Of a stretch of DNA of 64,000 nt, positions 13,949 to 27,850 are shown piece by piece. The stretch spans positions 56,420,001-56,484,000 of the forward strand of contig OX597819.1 of the NCBI GenBank assembly GCA_951406725.2. The letters run 5' to 3'. Below the pieces are notes generated by a model. That model worked only from the letters and a program-made list of their open reading frames with translations, was not told the origin of the DNA and made no database searches. Position 1 is the first letter of the stretch; the number at the start of each line of letters is the position of its first letter. A program made the position numbers and the translations under genes. The DNA is from Octopus vulgaris (taxonomy: Eukaryota).

Positions 13949-14159
13949 TATGTATGTATATATGTATATATATATGTGTGTATATGTAAATGTATATATA
14001 TATATGTTTGTATATATTACTTGATCTTTTGAAATCTGTTTATCTCAGGCTCCGCAGTATGGGTTGACATTTTGCTTTATATAATTTCAATCTTTATATA
14101 TGCATTAAAAATACTCATTCAAAATGAGGCAATATATCGATTACACAGCATACATCCAA

Positions 14160-14192
<33 letters not shown>

Positions 14193-14519
14193 CATGCACA
14201 GAGGCTCAGACATTCACACACAGATATATTTGTATGTATGTAGAGAAGTGACACACAGAAAGAAAAACGAAAGAAGAGAGATAAAGTTTTTAACTCTTTG
14301 TGATTACTTAGGAAGTAATCGCTCACAATGAAAGTATATATCGATTAGAGAATGTACCATACACACACACACTCATACATATATATACGTATGTGTGTAT
14401 GTATGTGCGTGCGCGTACGTGAGGAGTGTGTGTTTGTGTCTGTAGTGTGTGTGTGTATATATATATGTATATATACAAACCTTTGTGTATATATATATAT
14501 ATATATATACAAACATACA

Positions 14520-14561
<42 letters not shown>

Positions 14562-15370
14562 CACACACACACACACACAAACATACATACACATATGTAT
14601 TTATGCATTTATGTATATATGGGAGTGGAGACAAGGAATGCGATAAGTATAATGGGAGCCTGCACAAATTTCTGTTTGAAGAGATAAAAGAATTGGATTA
14701 TATTAAGTTCGATATATCTTAACGTATATCTGCGTATTTCAGTCTCATCCTGAAGGCGTCTGAGAGCTATAACTCAAAATGACAGCGGAACGCAAGTTCA
14801 ATCGACGTAGAACATTTATTTTAACCTCAACTGGAGTGTTGTCTCGGACATGACGTCAATGAAGTACTGGACTCCCTATACCAATGTGGACACCTACGTG
14901 TCCTCATTACCCTGAATAATATAGCCATTTGTAATATGTCTAGAGACGGTTTATTTGTGTAATATTCAAGAAAACAACATAATATTTGGGCTGTATAATA
15001 TTAATGTGACGAATATACGTAAGTATATTTGAACATGTCTTAGTCTCAAATCGGTAATATTTCTTGGTAATAGAATACATTATGAATATAGTCTCAAATC
15101 GTTTTCATGGTAATTTAATATATTATTAACATATCTTAGTCTCAAAACGTTAATATTTCTTGGTAGTAGAATATATTATGAACGGAAAATGAATGCTTAT
15201 TCTATATTTTAACTTTAATCGCTGTCTTTATCACTTGTGAATCAAATCCTTACAATTCTGACATATTAGAGGAAGGTTACTTGAGAACTGATGTTACAGA
15301 AAGAGGAAAATAGTGAACAGTACTTAAGACACACACACACACATACACATATATATATATATGAGTGTAT

Positions 15371-15522
15371 GCAGTGTTGTTTGATAAGAAGTGTGCTCCC
15401 AAACAATACGGTTCCAGCTTCGGTCCAACTGCGTGACACCATCGGCAAGTATCTTCTGCTATAGGCTCGGACCGACTAAAGTGAGTGGATTTCGCTGACG
15501 GAATCTGAAAGAAGCCCGTCGT
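15371..15522 (+). mobile_element. Decayed SINE family 1 head
   Basis: ggcaagtatcttctgctataggctcggaccgactaaagtgagtggattt...gaaagaagcccgtcg matches family 1. Confidence 0.7.
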
Positions 15523-15527
15523 GTATA

Positions 15528-15584
<57 letters not shown>

Positions 15585-15700
15585 ACATGCATGCACACAC
15601 ACAGATATATATATATATATACATTCATACATACTTTTATATATATATATGTATATATACACACATATATACACACATATATATATATACATATACATAC

Positions 15701-15741
<41 letters not shown>

Positions 15742-15742
<1 letters not shown>

Positions 15743-17004
15743 CAGGACATCCAATGAGTTCTGCCCGATTTTACCTTTTTTAAAATTGAATGAAATTTAA
15801 TAGTTTTTAGAGTGTCTAATGGAATTAAAAATTATTTTTATGTAGTTGTGTATATTTAAACTAATTAAATATGATTTTAGAGAATAATGTAATTAAAATG
15901 TCTTTGATTAAAACCCTTTCTTACATGGAAGTATCCAAAGAGTATTTAAGGAATATAATGCTTTATAACTACAAAAAGGGAAACTCTGCTGCCGAAGCGA
16001 CTCGAAACATACACTCAGTTTATGGGAAAGAATGCTCGAATGAAAGAACTTCCAGAAGATTGTGTTCAAAATTCAGATGTGGAGATTTCAGCCTTGAAGA
16101 TGAAGATGATGATAATCTCCTTGAGGCATTACTTCAAGAAAATCCTGAATTATCAGTTGAAGAATTGGCAATAAAGCTTAGTTCAAACCATACAACAGTC
16201 CGTCGTCATCTTCAACAACTTGGAAAGGTACCTAAACTTGGGAAATGGGTGCCTCATGAATTGTCCCAAAGCAACCGCAAATCTTGTGTTGACATTCTGT
16301 TCTTCTCTCCATTCTCGTGAACTCATTTCACCCTTTTTGGATAGACTTGTGACTGGTAACGAAGAATGGATCTTCTATCGAAATGTTAAACGTCATAAAC
16401 AGTGGCTTGGTAGAAGGGAAAAAGCTCAACCACAAGCGAGAAGGGAACTTCATGGGAAAAAGGTTCTTCTCTCTCTCTCGTGGGATTGCAAAGGAGTCAT
16501 TCACTTTGAATTGTTACCACCTAATGCAACAATCAATGCTTAAGTTTACTATCAGCAATTAGAACGTTTGAACCAAGATTTGAAGGAAAAAAGACTCGCT
16601 TTTGTGAATCGAAAAGCTGGATGTTTCATCAGGACAATGCACGACCCCACACTGCAAGGATCACGTCATAGAAGATCCAAGAGCTTGGCTTGGAAAGAAT
16701 TCCTCATCTACCTTATTCTCCCGAAATTGCACCTTCAGACAACCATTTGTTTCGTAGTTTATAGAATCATTTGAGGGACATAATTTTCACAAGCCCGGAG
16801 GAGGTCGAAACTGACATTTCAGAGTTCTTCACTTTGAAACGAAAAGAGTTTAACATTGATGGGATTAAAAAGCTTGTAAATAGATGGAAGGAAGTCATAA
16901 ATAATCAGGGAAAGTACATTGATGATTCAGTTTCAATTAAATATAACCTTTGATCACTTATTTCCTTTATTCAAAATTTAGACATAACTTATAGAATGAC
17001 CTGG
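15742..17004 (+). mobile_element. Full-length (~1.26 kb) mariner transposon, inactive
   Basis: Imperfect TIRs (tcaggacatccaatgagttctg vs reverse complement of right end ccaggtcattctataagttatg; ~23/33 matches including the TA) flanked by TA, inside (TA)n. Confidence 0.9.
15925..16953 (+). pseudogene. mariner DD(34)D transposase pseudogene with several frameshifts and stops
   Basis: ORF pieces carry GNSAAEATRNI, WVPHEL, VTGNEEW (TGDEKW), HQDNARPH, YSPEIAPSDNHLF, GIKKLVNRW. Confidence 0.92.
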
Positions 17005-17008
17005 TATA

Positions 17009-17598
<590 letters not shown>

Positions 17599-18354
17599 GG
17601 ATGCGTGCAAACGCCATACATATACAGACGTATGAATATAAATCTAAATATACACATAAATGCATGTGTACATATATTCACACAAACCATCTCGCACGCA
17701 AGTTAAAAATGATCTATGTAGCGATTCTCATATACTGAGTAAGGGGGGGAACGAAAGAAAGGAAGAGAGAGAAAAAGGAACGAAGGAGGGGTGGGGAAAA
17801 AAACGAAATAAGAAAAAATTATGTATACAAGCTGTGTAACGGCATTATTGGCATATATGGAGACAAGTATAAACACAAGTTCGAATGGATACATACACAT
17901 ACAGTCGTGTATATGTGTGCTTAAGCACAAACATACTCTCACTTACACATACACAGATACGCATGCTTACAAATACATATCCTCGGCTATACACATACTT
18001 ACATCAGCATTCTAATTTTGACAACATTGCTTTTTTTAAAAAAAAAAACATTGCTTTTTTTAAAAGAATGGGTGCATTAATAAAAATATATACGAAAGAC
18101 ATATAAAATAAAATATAACACCCTATTTTGGATCATTTATAAATAATCAAGGTAATATAAATAATCAAGGTAATCCTATACAATACAATAACATGAAAAC
18201 AAAGTTGAAGGTTTTTCCTGATGTATATGTAGAAACATAAGACTTTGCTATACGGATTAAGATCCGCATAGCTTGGAAACAAAATCCATCGTAGCGCTCA
18301 TCGTTCAAGAGTCAAAATCAAAATTTCAAAAATCAAAAATACAAAATATATACT

Positions 18355-20489
18355 CTATCCATATGGTATATTTATATTCGACATTTTAAATTTAGCCGCG
18401 TGCCTACATAAGTTCATTAGCTCACTTCTTTGATTCAAAGAATTATTGTCTTTGAATAAGATGTACATTTTTTCTAATAGACAAAGTTTGCACTTGAAAT
18501 TATTTTTGTATGCTCCATGCCTGTATGGTGCCGCCCTGTCCAGAATGCTCCATGTCACGTTGAAAGGTGGGGCTTCCTTTTCTTTTAGTTCCCAGACATA
18601 TTTTGCTAGGCTGGTCCTCTTCCTATTCTCTGGGTATTTAAATGAATTTTTATGAGAATAAAATCTTGTTTTAAATGAATTTTCTGAAGCCCCTGTTTAT
18701 GTCTTGTATTCTGATGAGCCTTCCACTTGCACCTTGGCTCTATAAACTACTCCTTTCACTAGACATTTCCCTTCTAACGGACAGGAGCTTTCGTTTTTGA
18801 AATTGCATTTCTTAATGGGCTCGGCACTATGTCTAATCTCAATTAGCTTCCTATTATGTTGGCTAATGTAAGAGGCGAAATTTCTGCAACAAGAATAGCT
18901 AACCTTCAGGGTTCTTCTATTAAATATCCTATAGAATTTATGACCCTGCTTAAAATGCTTAGAGACTAATCTCAAAAATTCCTTACCTATATTAGTCTTT
19001 ACGGCCAAATTGAAAGCCGGGTTGAACCACAAAACTTTCCTGGTCCTAGTTCTTCGTGCAGCATTATTATCAGCATTAAGCTGGTTGAACTGGATCTTCT
19101 CAGAGAATCCACTATTCTTTAATGCGCTATCGTAATAAGGTGCAGCATTATGGAATGCTGCCTTGTCCGAAGAAATTGAAGATATTCTTCTACTACATTG
19201 CTGACTAAGTTCCTAAGGGTAACTGGTGGATGGTTCGAATCTTTGCTAATATACGATAGCTTTTCATTGGGCTTACGGAAAGGTTTAAATCTATCCGATC
19301 TTACATTAAAATTTACGTCTAAAAAATCTACACTATTCAGGTTAGCATCTATCGTAACCCGTAAGCCCATCCTTTGAAAGAAAGCTATGAGGTCCTTCCT
19401 AAGTCTATCTGATTCATGGCTGTTTAGATTATGCGTGGCTATAAGGCCGTCATCCCTATATAAACCTGCATCTATAAAAGGGAATTCTATTTTTAGATTA
19501 TGGAGAATAAAGGCTCCTATGAGCATACATAACTCAGCCCCGTCGTATGCCCCCATCGGTACATCGAAAAGAGAATCCTCAGTCTTCTTAATCCAGGTGG
19601 AATCCTCGAAAAAAAGAAGCGATTTCCTCGCATGCATAATAATATCAATTTCCGAGCTATCGATGTTGACATACTGCTTGGCGAAGTCCAATGCCCTTAG
19701 GAGCAACGTCCTAGATATTGACGGGTAAAAGTCAATAATGTCGAATTGTGTGAAACTACAATTATTCTTATGGCTAATACCTTTAAACCACTCTATGACT
19801 GACTTACTATTCTTCCAAATTCTCAAGTCTACTTCACTATCTAACTTAACTAAAATACGGTCCAAAATATTTTTGCTAATAATTCCTATCTCAGTTTTAG
19901 CCGGATTTATCAATCTACATTTGGGGTTTCTACTAAAATTGGCTTTATGGTCTTTCAGAGTAATAACAGCTGGTCGTGGTGAAAGATATTCAATCCTATC
20001 GCTAATCTTAAGATCGTTAGCTATTCCTCTTGCTTCTAAGTTCACCTCTTTGTATATATTCGTGTTGTCTTTTTTGTATGTGTCTGTGACACTATTCGAA
20101 ATCAGGCGCTTATAAACGTCCTTATCAAGTGCATATAAGTTCCTTGTCTTATCAGAATTAACGAAGATCTTATTCGAGTCGTTAATCTCCTTAATTTTTT
20201 CTCTCATGTTTCTCTGTAACTGGTTGGTATATTTGCGGAATTTAATTTTCCTAATAAGCTCGAAAAGGTCTTTCTCGAAGGCTTCTAATTCCGGAATGGG
20301 TGGCGGGTTTCTGGGAGATTTAAATCCATATTTGTTTCCTTCTATTTTCTGTTTATTATCAAAGAAGAAGGCTTTCCATCTCAATCTTCGAATAAACTCT
20401 TCCGTTTTCTCTATAAAACCTTTGAGATATTGTTTCCGTGCAGGGATAGGTATATTTTTCTGAGAAAAATCCAGCGGGTAAAGTTCCAT
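18355..20489 (-). pseudogene. PLE RT-GIY-YIG polyprotein (~711 aa when repaired); one frameshift near 19195 and one TAA at 18697-18699
   Basis: RT motifs FDIIDFYPSI, PMGAYDG, GLYRDDGL, DFLDV; WFNPAF; Cys linker CNFx5CPLEGKC; GVVY...[*]TG; CKLC..EK..I, LNQRSEL...CRH. Confidence 0.93.
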
Positions 20490-20627
20490 CTTTTTCAGCT
20501 GTTTGATCTTCCTACTTGTGCAGAGTCGCTCAAACTTTTATAAGGAGCGGGTTACACCGGAGTAAACACATAAATGTGAAACAAGGTGGAAAAAAGAGTA
20601 CTCAAATACCAGTGGTAGAGTAATATG

Positions 20628-21035
20628 CTTTATTTTAAGCAGCAGAAAATTCAACAAAATCTGTTACTCTGAGTTTCTCGTTGCCGTTCATCAGACAGTT
20701 TTTGCTAGAATGGAACCGATATATCAATTCAATCTAGACTCTTACAAACGCTACACCTTTAAAAAGAAATGGACTTGTTTGATTGGCCCTTTAGAAAAAA
20801 ACGGTCAATCTTCGAGTGATAAACAAAAAGGTCAAAAAATATATGTATATATATATATAAAATCTTATAAAAAAAATTATAAAATCCGAGGAAAAAACCT
20901 TACATTGAATAAAATACATATTGACGTTAATGAAGAAAGTATAAATTAATTCATAGAAATTAAACCTGTTATAAATATTACACTGCAATACATATTTTTA
21001 TTAAAATGTGCATATATATATCAACATACACAAAA
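20628..21035 (-). repeat. 5' pseudo-LTR of the PLE
   Basis: Direct repeat of 17191-17598. Confidence 0.95.
20661..20698 (-). ncRNA. Minimal type I hammerhead ribozyme (5' pLTR)
   Basis: Identical to 17224-17261. Confidence 0.85.
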
Positions 21036-23131
21036 TATATATATATATTTACATATATATACTTACATTGATATGATGCAAGTACTTATATATTCCCTTT
21101 TATACTTAGTGCTTCCAGCTTGAACTTGAGGCCATGCGGGAGCACAAACTTTAATGCGAATAGTTTTTATTTCACATTCATTTCCCGGTTTTTCTTTACG
21201 GAATTCTTTTCAGTGAAGAAGCGAGTTGGACAGAGTCGCAGTTCTTTGTGCATCATTAGACGGTGAACGACAGAAGATTTATTGATTCAATTTTGCTTCA
21301 GAAAAAAGCTTTGCAGCCTTTCTTCTGTTCTGTTTATCTGTTACGTTCGGTCTTTTAATGACTTTCATCCTTTCGAGGTCAATGAAATAATGTTTGAATC
21401 AAGATAGTGTTCCCAGTAATCGATTACCGACTTCCTCATTAAAATGGTTAGCCTTCCGCTAAATTAACCCCACGAGAATCGTATCAAGGAAACGATTATA
21501 ATATATTCTTCACTAAAATGTATGAGTGTTCATAGATTCCTAATTTGAAACGAAATACTGCTGTATAGAATTTATACCATTTTAAACTGGTTTGATACTT
21601 TATTAAAGATTTGTTTAACTGCATAGTAACACATTACATCTCTTAAATCAGGAGCAAAAATTACCAATGAAAAATCTATAGAATATAATATTTTCGAACG
21701 TCTATCAGCAATATATTACAAATTGAAAACATTGAAAGCAGTAAATAACCGTTTCTATTTAAGTAAGTTATTCATCATTTTTAACGGTGACGAAATAAAG
21801 AAGAATATACGAGAACGATCCAAAAATAACGTAAAAAATATAGACAAACGGTATCAAGTTTTTTAACAAATACCATAACTAGAAATATGGTCCCCAGTCA
21901 TCACTATCATCATTACATAAAGTAAATAGATTCCTCAGAGACACAGTTTAATGATTCGTTCAACAAATAAGTTTTTAACATCGTATGAACAATATACACT
22001 GAAGTAGAAGCTGTACAGTATAAAGTCTCTTTGTTAAAATATTCCATTTGTAGTGAGAGATTATGAAAGCTAGTAGAAAAAAAGAGCAGAAAATAGGATA
22101 CAAGAAAAAGTTTTGTCGGAATTGCTTGAAGATTTCTATTTGTATTTGTAGTGAATCTATTTCCAATAAAATTCATCGTTGAAGAGGTGCTTTGAAAGAA
22201 ATAATGCAGAATTGAAAGACCGCAGTAAATTACGTTAAAACTCAAGGGTATTGATTAATGAATTTACGTTCTACACTAACAGCGGTGAAGGAATTCGAAG
22301 TAACAATTACGAAATATGCAGTTACCTACTTGGCACACAGTTGATGAATACTGGTTTACAACCGAGTTAATAACGCTGAAATTAATGTTTCAGTTAAGCA
22401 GGCATAAATGAAATACTCAATAATGTATATTGAAAGGCTCAATATAGCTGACCTTTCATACATTTACTTTTCATCTAACAATAATACTTCTTAACTCCTC
22501 TTCACTTAACAATCAGAAATATTAGGTCACACCATAGCTGAACTTGCCGAACTCTTCTATAAATTAATATCAGTTCTTTATTGCTACATCAAACACAATG
22601 AACTACGCACTTAATAGCTATTATCTAGTGTCATATTTGTTTTTCACATTGTGTGAATCCATAAAAGTTATCAGGTCGTAAATAACCCTCTTCAAATAGT
22701 TGTTGCAGTTTCACACCCATCTCATACCTAGTTTTTGTAGATCCATAATTGGATAATAGAAGGCATTTATCCAACTTTGCAAAGAGCCAGTCAACCAAAG
22801 TCTAACGACCCTGCTTGTTTGTTTTCGTTCGGTCTCCAATGTCCTGTTTTTGTTCCCTACTTTGACCCTCCACAAATCCTAGATTTTATTTTAGAATTTA
22901 TGGGAGCAGCTGTCTTTGAAAACTCATATCGTGGTTGAATGCTCGAAATAAAGAGTAGATAGAGAGCCGACAACTGATGAAGGGTCCTTTCTCTGTGTTA
23001 ACTTGTCCTATTTTCCATCTTTTTTCTCATTGTTTACATATTTAACTCGTTTGCTTACGTATTTCATGTTATTTGCACCGTTGGTGACGTCCTGTGCCCA
23101 TATATGCATGTATATATATATATTCTTTTCT

Positions 23132-23357
23132 TTCTTTTATTCTTTTAATTGTTTCAGTAATTTAACTGCGGCCATGCTAAAGCAACGCCTTTAGTCGAGC
23201 AAATCGACCACAGGACTTATTCTTTGTAAGCCTAGTACTTATTCTATCAGTTTCTCTTGCCGAACCGCTAAGTGGCGGGGACGTAAACACACCAGCATCG
23301 GTTGTCAAGCGATGTTGGAGGGACAAACACAGACACACAAACATATACAGGCACACG

Positions 23358-23406
<49 letters not shown>

Positions 23407-23569
23407 CCATATATATTTACGACGGGCTTCTTTCAGTTTCCACTCACAAGGCTTTGGTCGACCCGAGGGTAAAATAGAAGACACTTGCCCAAGGTGCCAC
23501 GCGGTGGGACTGAACACAGAACCATGTGGTTGGTAATCAAGCTACTTACCACACAGCCACTCCTGCTCC
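23132..23569 (-). mobile_element. tRNA-derived SINE family 1 with internal (CA)n
   Basis: Minus-strand head gcaggagTGGCTGTGTGG...GTTCAGTCCC (A/B-box-like). Repeated at 38799 and 60489. Confidence 0.85.
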
Positions 23570-23763
23570 CATATACATATATATCTTAACTTTAACTTGC
23601 CTTAGGGCGCTGGGTGTATTCCGGTAAGTGATTGTATCAAACATGTAGATGAAAACAAGAAGAAAAACAGAAGCAAAAGCAACGACGACGTCACAATATT
23701 ATAGTAGACATATTAGGTGAGATAAAAAAAAACATTCAAAAAGCACCAGGACTTAAAAATAGC

Positions 23764-23974
<211 letters not shown>

Positions 23975-24065
23975 AACTTCCAACATGAACTTCCAACTTG
24001 TCTCTTGGGGTCTCTGGGTGAGACTTGGAGCCAGCTTGTGCAAATGTAAAGCAAAAGTCAAACAG
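23975..24065 (+). mobile_element. Short insert in (TAA)n, probably the 3' UTR end of a Dong-like element
   Basis: 91-bp unique sequence flanked on both sides by (TAA)n, in the same context as neighbouring Dong 3' ends. Confidence 0.5.
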
Positions 24066-24102
24066 AATAATAATAATAATGATAATAATAATAATAATAA
24101 TG

Positions 24103-24183
<81 letters not shown>

Positions 24184-24184
<1 letters not shown>

Positions 24185-24530
24185 GCAGAAGTAGTGGGGG
24201 AGCATCATAGCCATGTGTTGAGAGGGATTCTTTGGGGTTTGAATGACTCACCTCTGGAAACATTGGTGTTTCATTCAACATCCTTAAACAACCCTTAATC
24301 AGGGACCTTTTGAGTGGGATGGGTTACCCAACCAGAAGAAAATTCTAACTGGGCCCCACCTGCAAGGTCATGCGCTGTTTATCTTGTTATGAGATCACCA
24401 TGTCGCGCACATATGGTTGTGATGCATGTGCCTGGAGTACCCTTATCAGACGGGTAGTCACGATGGGTATACTGGGCTTCGTATATTTTACCCCAGTGTC
24501 ACTTTGATGGTATGAACTGCTCTCTCACTC
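24184..24530 (+). mobile_element. Non-coding TAA-associated element B, 5'-truncated copy 1
   Basis: Ends in ctctctcactc+(AAT)n like the copies at 24611, 25148 and 51589. Confidence 0.8.
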
Positions 24531-24545
24531 AATAATAATAATAAT

Positions 24546-24590
<45 letters not shown>

Positions 24591-24610
24591 TATTATTATT
24601 ATTATTATTA

Positions 24611-25070
24611 TAGATGCAGTACCAGGCAGTGGCTGCCGTGGCTGCTGATCCTAACTGATTGGAAGTGTTATCATGTACATTGTTTTGGCTTGGTATAAAA
24701 GATGGCCGACAGCAAATATTCTGTTCAATACCATAGATTTGCTTGTCAATTGTTTGACCATAACCAATTGAGCACGTCCCTTAATGGCTGATGACATGTG
24801 CATCTCTGATCACGAGCAGAAGTAGCGGGAGAGCATCATAGCCATGTGTTGAAAGGAATTCTTAGAGGTTTGGTTAATTCACCTTTGAAACAAAGAGGGG
24901 TTCGTTCATCATCCTTGTTTATCTTGATATGAGATCACCATGTCGCGCCCATATGGTTGTGACGCATGTGTCTGGTGTACCCTTATCAGACGGGTAGTTA
25001 TGATGGGTATACTGGGCTTCGTATATTTTACCACAGTGTCACTTTGATAGCATGCACTGCTCTCTCACTC
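24611..25070 (+). mobile_element. Element B copy 2 (internally deleted)
   Basis: Homologous to copy 1 but lacks ~85 bp after catcctt. Confidence 0.8.
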
Positions 25071-25130
<60 letters not shown>

Positions 25131-25147
25131 TATTATTAGTATTATAA

Positions 25148-25607
25148 TAGATGCAGTACCAGGCAGTGGCTGTCGTGGCTGCTGATCCTAACTGATTGGA
25201 AGTGTTATCATGTACATTGTTTTGGCTTGGTATAAAAGATGGCCGACAACAAATATTCTGTTCAATACCATAGATTTGCTTGTCAATTGTTTGACTATAA
25301 GCAGTTGAGCACCTCCCTTAATGGCTGATGACATGTGCATTTCTGATCACGAGCAGAAGTAGTGGGAGAGCATCATAGCCATGTGTTGAAAGGAATTCTT
25401 AGAGGTTTCGTTAATTCACCTTTGAAACAAAGAGGGGTTCGTTCATCATCCTTGTTTATCTTGATATGAGATCACCATGTCGTGCCCATATGGTTGTGAC
25501 GCATGTGTCTGGTGTACCCTTATCAGACGGGTAGTTATGATGGGTATACTGGGCTTCGTATATTTTACCACAGTGTCACTTTGATAGCATGCACTGCTCT
25601 CTCACTC
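25148..25607 (+). mobile_element. Element B copy 3 (tandem duplicate of copy 2, period 537)
   Basis: Near-identical to copy 2, with the same deletion and the same preceding TAA/TTA switch. Confidence 0.85.
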
Positions 25608-25672
<65 letters not shown>

Positions 25673-25712
25673 TAATAATAATAATATCAACAACAACAAC
25701 AACAACAACAAC

Positions 25713-25773
<61 letters not shown>

Positions 25774-25778
25774 TAATA

Positions 25779-25847
<69 letters not shown>

Positions 25848-26862
25848 CAGTACGGCAATTATTGTTGCAAAGAAGGTGAAAATAATGGCAACGAAAAAAG
25901 CGCACGAGCAATTGGCTGATAGGTGGGAGGAGAAACCTCTGCACGGCAAATATGTGACCCGCAGCAAACAAGCTGATGTTGACCAGAAGCAAACCCATCA
26001 GTGGCTACGGAGCTCAGGGCTAAAAGCAGAGAGCGAAGGTTTCATCCTGGCTGCTCAAGATCAAAGCCTATTAACCCGGAACTATCAGGCCAATGTGATG
26101 AAAAATGGAGCAGATCCAAAATGCCGATTCTGCAACGACATGATTGAAACAGTGGACCACCTAATCTCTGGATGTAAAGTTTTAGCTCCAGTGGAGTATA
26201 AATTAAGACATGATAGAGTTGGCCAATATCTACACTGGCTAATAAGTCGGCATTACAATATCAAAACTGCCGACAAGTGGTATAATCACCACCCTGAGGC
26301 TGTAACTGAAGGAGAAAATGTAACCATTCTGTGGGACTTTCCAGTACATACAGACCGAACCATCAAGGCCAATAAACCAGATATTGTTGTGAAAGACCAA
26401 AACAATAAAGTTTGCTTATTGATCGACATGAGCATCCCCTGTGATCATAATATCTCAGCGAAAGAGTTTGACAAGCTCAGAAAATATAAAGACCTACTCA
26501 TTGAAATTGAGAAAATGTGGCATCTCAAGGCGGTTACAATACCAGTGATCGTAGGAGCACTAGGAATGATCAAGAAGGGAACCGAAAATTATATGAGAAT
26601 GATCCCTGGCTTACCATCCCTGCAAGAAGTGCAAAAGATTGTCTTAACTGGTACATCACACGTATTGAGAAGAGCATTGTCGATGTGAGAACTGTTGCTG
26701 CTCATGTATTTTGATTTAACTTAAAAAAAAAAAAAAAAAAATGAACGAACTATTGAGTTTGGTTTAATGGCCTACCAATGTATACTATGAGTTTCTTTGC
26801 CCTAGGAGTCGGGAAGACACTCGGCAAGAAATGGAAGCAAATTTGAAAGAAGAAAAAAAAAA
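25848..26862 (+). mobile_element. 5'-truncated R4/Dong-type non-LTR retrotransposon in (TAA)n
   Basis: Flanked by (TAA)n. Carries an intact RLE-domain ORF, a 3' UTR and an A-rich end. Confidence 0.9.
25876..26688 (+). CDS. C-terminal CCHC zinc knuckle + restriction-like endonuclease of an R4/Dong element (fragment)
   Basis: LHGKY, AAQDQSLLTRNY, CRFC-x8-H-x4-C, RHD, ILWD, KPDIV, LLID, KLRKY, PVIVGALG. Confidence 0.88.
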   Translation: MKIMATKKAHEQLADRWEEKPLHGKYVTRSKQADVDQKQTHQWLRSSGLKAESEGFILAAQDQSLLTRNYQANVMKNGADPKCRFCNDMIETVDHLISGCKVLAPVEYKLRHDRVGQYLHWLISRHYNIKTADKWYNHHPEAVTEGENVTILWDFPVHTDRTIKANKPDIVVKDQNNKVCLLIDMSIPCDHNISAKEFDKLRKYKDLLIEIEKMWHLKAVTIPVIVGALGMIKKGTENYMRMIPGLPSLQEVQKIVLTGTSHVLRRALSM

Positions 26863-26932
26863 AGTAATAATAATAATAATAATAATAATAATATTAATAA
26901 TAATGATAATAATGATAATAGTAATAATAATA

Positions 26933-27523
26933 ACGTGGCTAAGTTTGTTCACTGGTGGCTATGTAAAAATTACGACCTGGATAGAGTACAGAAATGGCAC
27001 GAACATGAACCAGAAAGAGTCACCGAAAACAATGAATACAAGATAGTGTGGGAATTTACAATCTGATGTGACTCCCTAATCAATGACCGGAGAACAGATA
27101 TTGTTGTGGTAGATAAAGAGAAGAGGAAACCAAGATTATAGATCTGGCAATACCTGGGGATGCACGCATAAGTGACAAAGAACTAGATTACTAAAAGACG
27201 AAATTTCAAGAATAAATACTATGAGAAGAGTGTCTGTCATCCCAGTAGTTGTAGGGACACTCGGAGCACTAACACCAAGTCCGAGAAAGATGTCAGAGTA
27301 ATCGGAATTGACAAAAGAGCAGAGCAAGCACCAAACATTGCTCTGCTTGAAGACAGCTAGGATTTTAAGATTGGCACTTGGATGCTGAATGTCTTCCACG
27401 ATATTTAACAACCAAGCATCAAAGCTTATAATGAGCGGACATATATTTGAGACCTCTGACAACAGGCTGCTGTCAGCTCTCATAGAATCAACCAGAGCAA
27501 ACAAGACCTAGCGCTCTGAGAAG
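26933..27523 (+). mobile_element. Decayed R4/Dong 3' fragment (different subfamily)
   Basis: Disrupted RLE motifs HEPERVTEN, KIVWEF, RTDIVVVD, IIDLAIPGD, PVVVGTLG. TAA flanks. Confidence 0.8.
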
Positions 27524-27524
27524 T

Positions 27525-27848
<324 letters not shown>

Positions 27849-27850
<2 letters not shown>

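Noticed and set aside
14749-14795. CTGAAGG...GGAACG hammerhead-like motif
   Set aside because: Two core mismatches and no stem I.
18355-20489. Selenocysteine recoding in the Naiad-type ORF (known for some Naiads)
   Set aside because: Manual translation of the repaired frame shows no in-frame TGA. The only internal stop is TAA at a Tyr position.
22940-22990. GAAA...CTGATGA as a type II hammerhead
   Set aside because: Stems I, II and III cannot be paired.
24440-24460. CTGATAA on the minus strand of element B as a ribozyme core
   Set aside because: No downstream GAAA or cleavage helix.
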